Of a stretch of DNA of 37,533 nucleotides, positions 34,087-37,533 are shown piece by piece (position 1 is the stretch's first letter; each line of letters begins with the position of its first letter). The notes below the pieces were generated by a model that saw only the letters and a list, made by a program, of their open reading frames with translations, ran no database searches and was not told where the DNA came from. A program made the translations under genes and the position numbers. Location: positions 31,409,631 to 31,447,163 of the forward strand of contig NC_068996.1 of the NCBI RefSeq assembly GCF_001194135.2. Reading direction: 5' to 3'. The stretch comes from Octopus bimaculoides (lineage: Eukaryota).

Positions 34087-34790
34087 ATAGTGCGTTCCAT
34101 AAAGAACACCGAATTTGAATTGGGCGACACTTTTGTGTTTTGAAGTTTGAAGGCACGCTTTTATCATGTTTGCTATCTCTCTTCACTCCAATTAATAGTT
34201 GTTTGTTTGTTTTTCAGAATACTGTGCAGAGTGTCAAGGAGTAGTTTACAACTGAACAATGCGTTCTCAACGTAATGACATTTTACCAAAACGGAGAAAA
34301 TGCGGTGCAAACAGCTCGAACACTTCGTACAAATTTTTGGAGAAATGAAGCAGCCAACGAGTCTATGGTTCACAGACTAATGACGAAATTTATATATAAA
34401 AAAAAACTGGTTTGTTGCAACAGCCAAATCGCCTGGGCAGAATCGTTCTCGTCGGACAGAGCGACAAATTGCTGTTGTGCGAGACAGTGTCACTCTGAGT
34501 CTGGGAAAATTGATTCGCCGACGTTCACAGCAGTTGGACATCCGACCACTTCACTACATCGAATTTTGCATACAGATCTCCATATGCATGCGTACAAAAT
34601 ACAACTTAAACAGCACCTTCAGCTACCTGACCATGGGAGGCGGAGGAAATTTGCTGACTGGGTTGTGGAAAGACTTGCAGCTGACGAAAATTTTGTAAAG
34701 AAAATCATCTTCAGTGTCAAGGCCCACTTCCACTTGAGTGGATTTCTCAATAAACAGAAGTGCCAGGTTTGGGGAAATGAAAAGAGTTCG
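34087..34790 (+). mobile_element. Tc1/mariner element (maT/rosa-like), 5' half of transposase, truncated
   Basis: TIR-like TAGTGCGTTCCATAAAGAAC, then FYQNGENAVQTARTLRTNF...SLHRILHTDLHMHAYKIQLKQHL...IIFSVKAHFHLSGFLNKQKCQVWG (decayed IIFSDEAHF, with the first catalytic Asp lost). Confidence 0.88.
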
Positions 34791-34930
34791 TATTCCATGT
34801 TTTCGTAATTCATGTTGTTTACGTTCTGTGGTATCGTGTGCCCATATATGCATGTGTATATACATATATATGTATATGCATATATGTATGTGCATATATG
34901 TATGTAAGCATATATATATATATATATATA

Positions 34931-35120
34931 NNNNNNNNNNNNNNNNNNNNNNNNNNNNNNNNNNNNNNNNNNNNNNNNNNNNNNNNNNNNNNNNNNNNNN
35001 NNNNNNNNNNNNNNNNNNNNNNNNNNNNNNNNNNNNNNNNNNNNNNNNNNNNNNNNNNNNNNNNNNNNNNNNNNNNNNNNNNNNNNNNNNNNNNNNNNNN
35101 NNNNNNNNNNNNNNNNNNNN
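34931..35120. other. Assembly gap (N run)
   Basis: Run of N. Confidence 0.99.
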
Positions 35121-35604
35121 CCCCCCGCGCACATAAGAGAGAGAAACCAGAAGGAAGACGAGAGGTGTAAACATAGAGATATAGTCAAATAACGTGCCCA
35201 TAGAGAATGGCAAGTGAAGAACAAGAAGTTGCCAGAAAAGGTGAAAGCTAATTACATTACGATGTTACTTCTTAGACATTTTGTGATAATGTATATATGG
35301 CACTGGCAGAAGATGCGGAACATAGCATAGCAAAGAGAATGTTTTCCTTAATTTCATTACCTAGAGTCCTGGATGTTGATTCTTGCCGGATTAGAGTCTA
35401 CATGGTAATGGGCAAAACGACTGGAATCTCGGCATGATCTTTAAGATTGTTGGCATTCTAAACAGATAATTCTTTAAGTTGTAAGATGTCGTTAAAGAAA
35501 AATAATAGTCAAAAACATGAAATTATCAGAGAGACACATGTATACCTTTATGCATGTACCTCAACAAGAACAATAACCATGCACTCGCAGAAATGGATAA
35601 TGAC

Positions 35605-35724
35605 TATATATATCTATATGTATGTGTGTGTATACATACATATATACATATATTATATATATATTTATTTATATATATCTATATGTATGTGTGTGTATAC
35701 ATACATATATACATATATTATATA
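35605..35724. repeat. Two tandem copies of a ~65-bp TA/TG-rich unit running into a gap
   Basis: TATATCTATATGTATGTGTGTGTATACATACATATATACATATATTATATA occurs twice. Confidence 0.75.
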
Positions 35725-36261
35725 NNNNNNNNNNNNNNNNNNNNNNNNNNNNNNNNNNNNNNNNNNNNNNNNNNNNNNNNNNNNNNNNNNNNNNNNNNNN
35801 NNNNNNNNNNNNNNNNNNNNNNNNNNNNNNNNNNNNNNNNNNNNNNNNNNNNNNNNNNNNNNNNNNNNNNNNNNNNNNNNNNNNNNNNNNNNNNNNNNNN
35901 NNNNNNNNNNNNNNNNNNNNNNNNNNNNNNNNNNNNNNNNNNNNNNNNNNNNNNNNNNNNNNNNNNNNNNNNNNNNNNNNNNNNNNNNNNNNNNNNNNNN
36001 NNNNNNNNNNNNNNNNNNNNNNNNNNNNNNNNNNNNNNNNNNNNNNNNNNNNNNNNNNNNNNNNNNNNNNNNNNNNNNNNNNNNNNNNNNNNNNNNNNNN
36101 NNNNNNNNNNNNNNNNNNNNNNNNNNNNNNNNNNNNNNNNNNNNNNNNNNNNNNNNNNNNNNNNNNNNNNNNNNNNNNNNNNNNNNNNNNNNNNNNNNNN
36201 NNNNNNNNNNNNNNNNNNNNNNNNNNNNNNNNNNNNNNNNNNNNNNNNNNNNNNNNNNNNN
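35725..36261. other. Assembly gap (N run)
   Basis: Run of N. Confidence 0.99.
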
Positions 36262-36298
<37 letters not shown>

Positions 36299-36613
36299 CA
36301 TGCATGCATGCATGCATACATATGATTATACGTGTATGTAGAGAAGTATGCCAGAAAGAACGCTGCATACATCTCATACTCATCGTCTCTTTGATAGTTT
36401 TCATGATGGTGGTTTTGGAGTTGTGAACGGTAATGTTGGTGATTATGAGAGTGACTGTATGTTCATGTACTCAAATATTGTCTAACAACTCATACACAAT
36501 GCCAAACGTATATTCAGCAATTTAGAAATATAAACTATCACTAAAAATAAGAAATATCTCGTTGCATATAACAAAACCTAAATACACACACTTAGAATCA
36601 CACTAATCATATA

Positions 36614-36905
36614 CAGGGTGTAGCAAAATGATCAGAGACATTTGTAGGTTTAATGAAGTTGAAATAGAGTAGAGAACGAAAAATATGTTTTTATTTTCGA
36701 AATGTACATATAATGCCATTTTCTTTCAATAGACAACATTTATGACATTTTGTTTCATTTTGCTTGCAGTTGCCAACATGTATTGGACGGGCGAGCATCG
36801 CGCATTCATTGTGGAAACTTTTATCAAGAACAACGAATCCATAACTGCAACATGAATAGCGTTCCACGTGCACTTAAGATGTGGTAGACATAATCCCGTA
36901 CCTAC
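36614..36905 (+). mobile_element. Tc1/mariner element 5' end (TIR and transposase N-terminal HTH)
   Basis: TA|CAGGGTGTAGCAAAATG TIR. An ATG at 36778 begins MYWTGEHRAFIVETFIKNNESITAT*IAFHVH...RHNPVPTR. Confidence 0.82.
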
Positions 36906-37533
36906 TCGAATTTCTACGCATCCAATACACAGACACGAAGATGTGTCGGTTCAACCGCGCCCCCATTTAAGTAACATCACAACATTATTCCTCTTTTAAG
37001 ATACCAGAAAGGCGAGCCACGTATGGCGCTTAAAAGAGTAAAATCCCTATACATACTTAAAAGGAGGCTCCTTGGCAACCAGGGCCTTATATAAACAGAA
37101 GCAAACAATGTAAGCTTTGCTTGTATAAGGGGACACGAATCTTAAAAAACTCACTCGACCCGGAGATTTTTTTAAACTCCAGGAAAGAGGCAATCAGCCA
37201 ATGCTCTTATCTAAAATGTGTCCTACTTCAGACTTGTGATTCCCAATTCGTTGAATAGTTCCACCACTGTTTCTTCGAATATCAATATACAAAATCAATT
37301 TGTTTTGTATATATCACTATACAAAACCAACTGGTCGTTACATATTTCCTTGTCCAGCTCTAGAGAAGAATCGCTTATACAGCTAAGTGCTTTATAGGTG
37401 CAATACCAATGATTACTCTGTGACTAGCCATAACTTCTAACTTCCTACAAATACACTGCTGCTCTAATAATTTAGGGTATGCTTCTTTATCGGAGATATA
37501 ACCGACTGACGATTGATAAGTCCCTGGTATATA

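Overview
Repeat-dense, AT-rich eukaryotic genomic DNA from a draft assembly with six N-gaps, most of them next to microsatellites. The SINE families and the (TA)/(TG)/(TACA)/(TAA) microsatellite load look like an Octopus-type cephalopod genome; this is inferred from recall of those repeats and was not searched. I cannot support any host protein-coding gene, and most listed ORFs are microsatellite or N-run artefacts. The window is a stack of nested mobile elements. It holds four Penelope-like element (PLE) fragments with GIY-YIG endonuclease and/or RT, a CR1-type LINE 3' end, a rearranged Chapaev-like DNA transposon, three Tc1/mariner fragments and several R4/Dong-like restriction-like-endonuclease (RLE) LINE pieces. 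It also holds a near full-length RTE LINE split by an 893-bp non-autonomous Helitron, an L1/Tx1-like 5' end, three tRNA-derived SINE families and two foldback elements. The best non-coding signals are three type-I hammerhead-ribozyme motifs tied to PLE terminal repeats. The one at 11048-11084 has a complete catalytic core and sits in a solitary ~200-bp unit. The other two (24542-24610 and 26748-26785) have near-complete folds, each with one substitution in the catalytic core. Also notable are a 3' tail stem-loop with covarying pairs shared between the CR1 LINE and a SINE family, and repeated use of (TACA)n and (TAA)n tracts as insertion sites.
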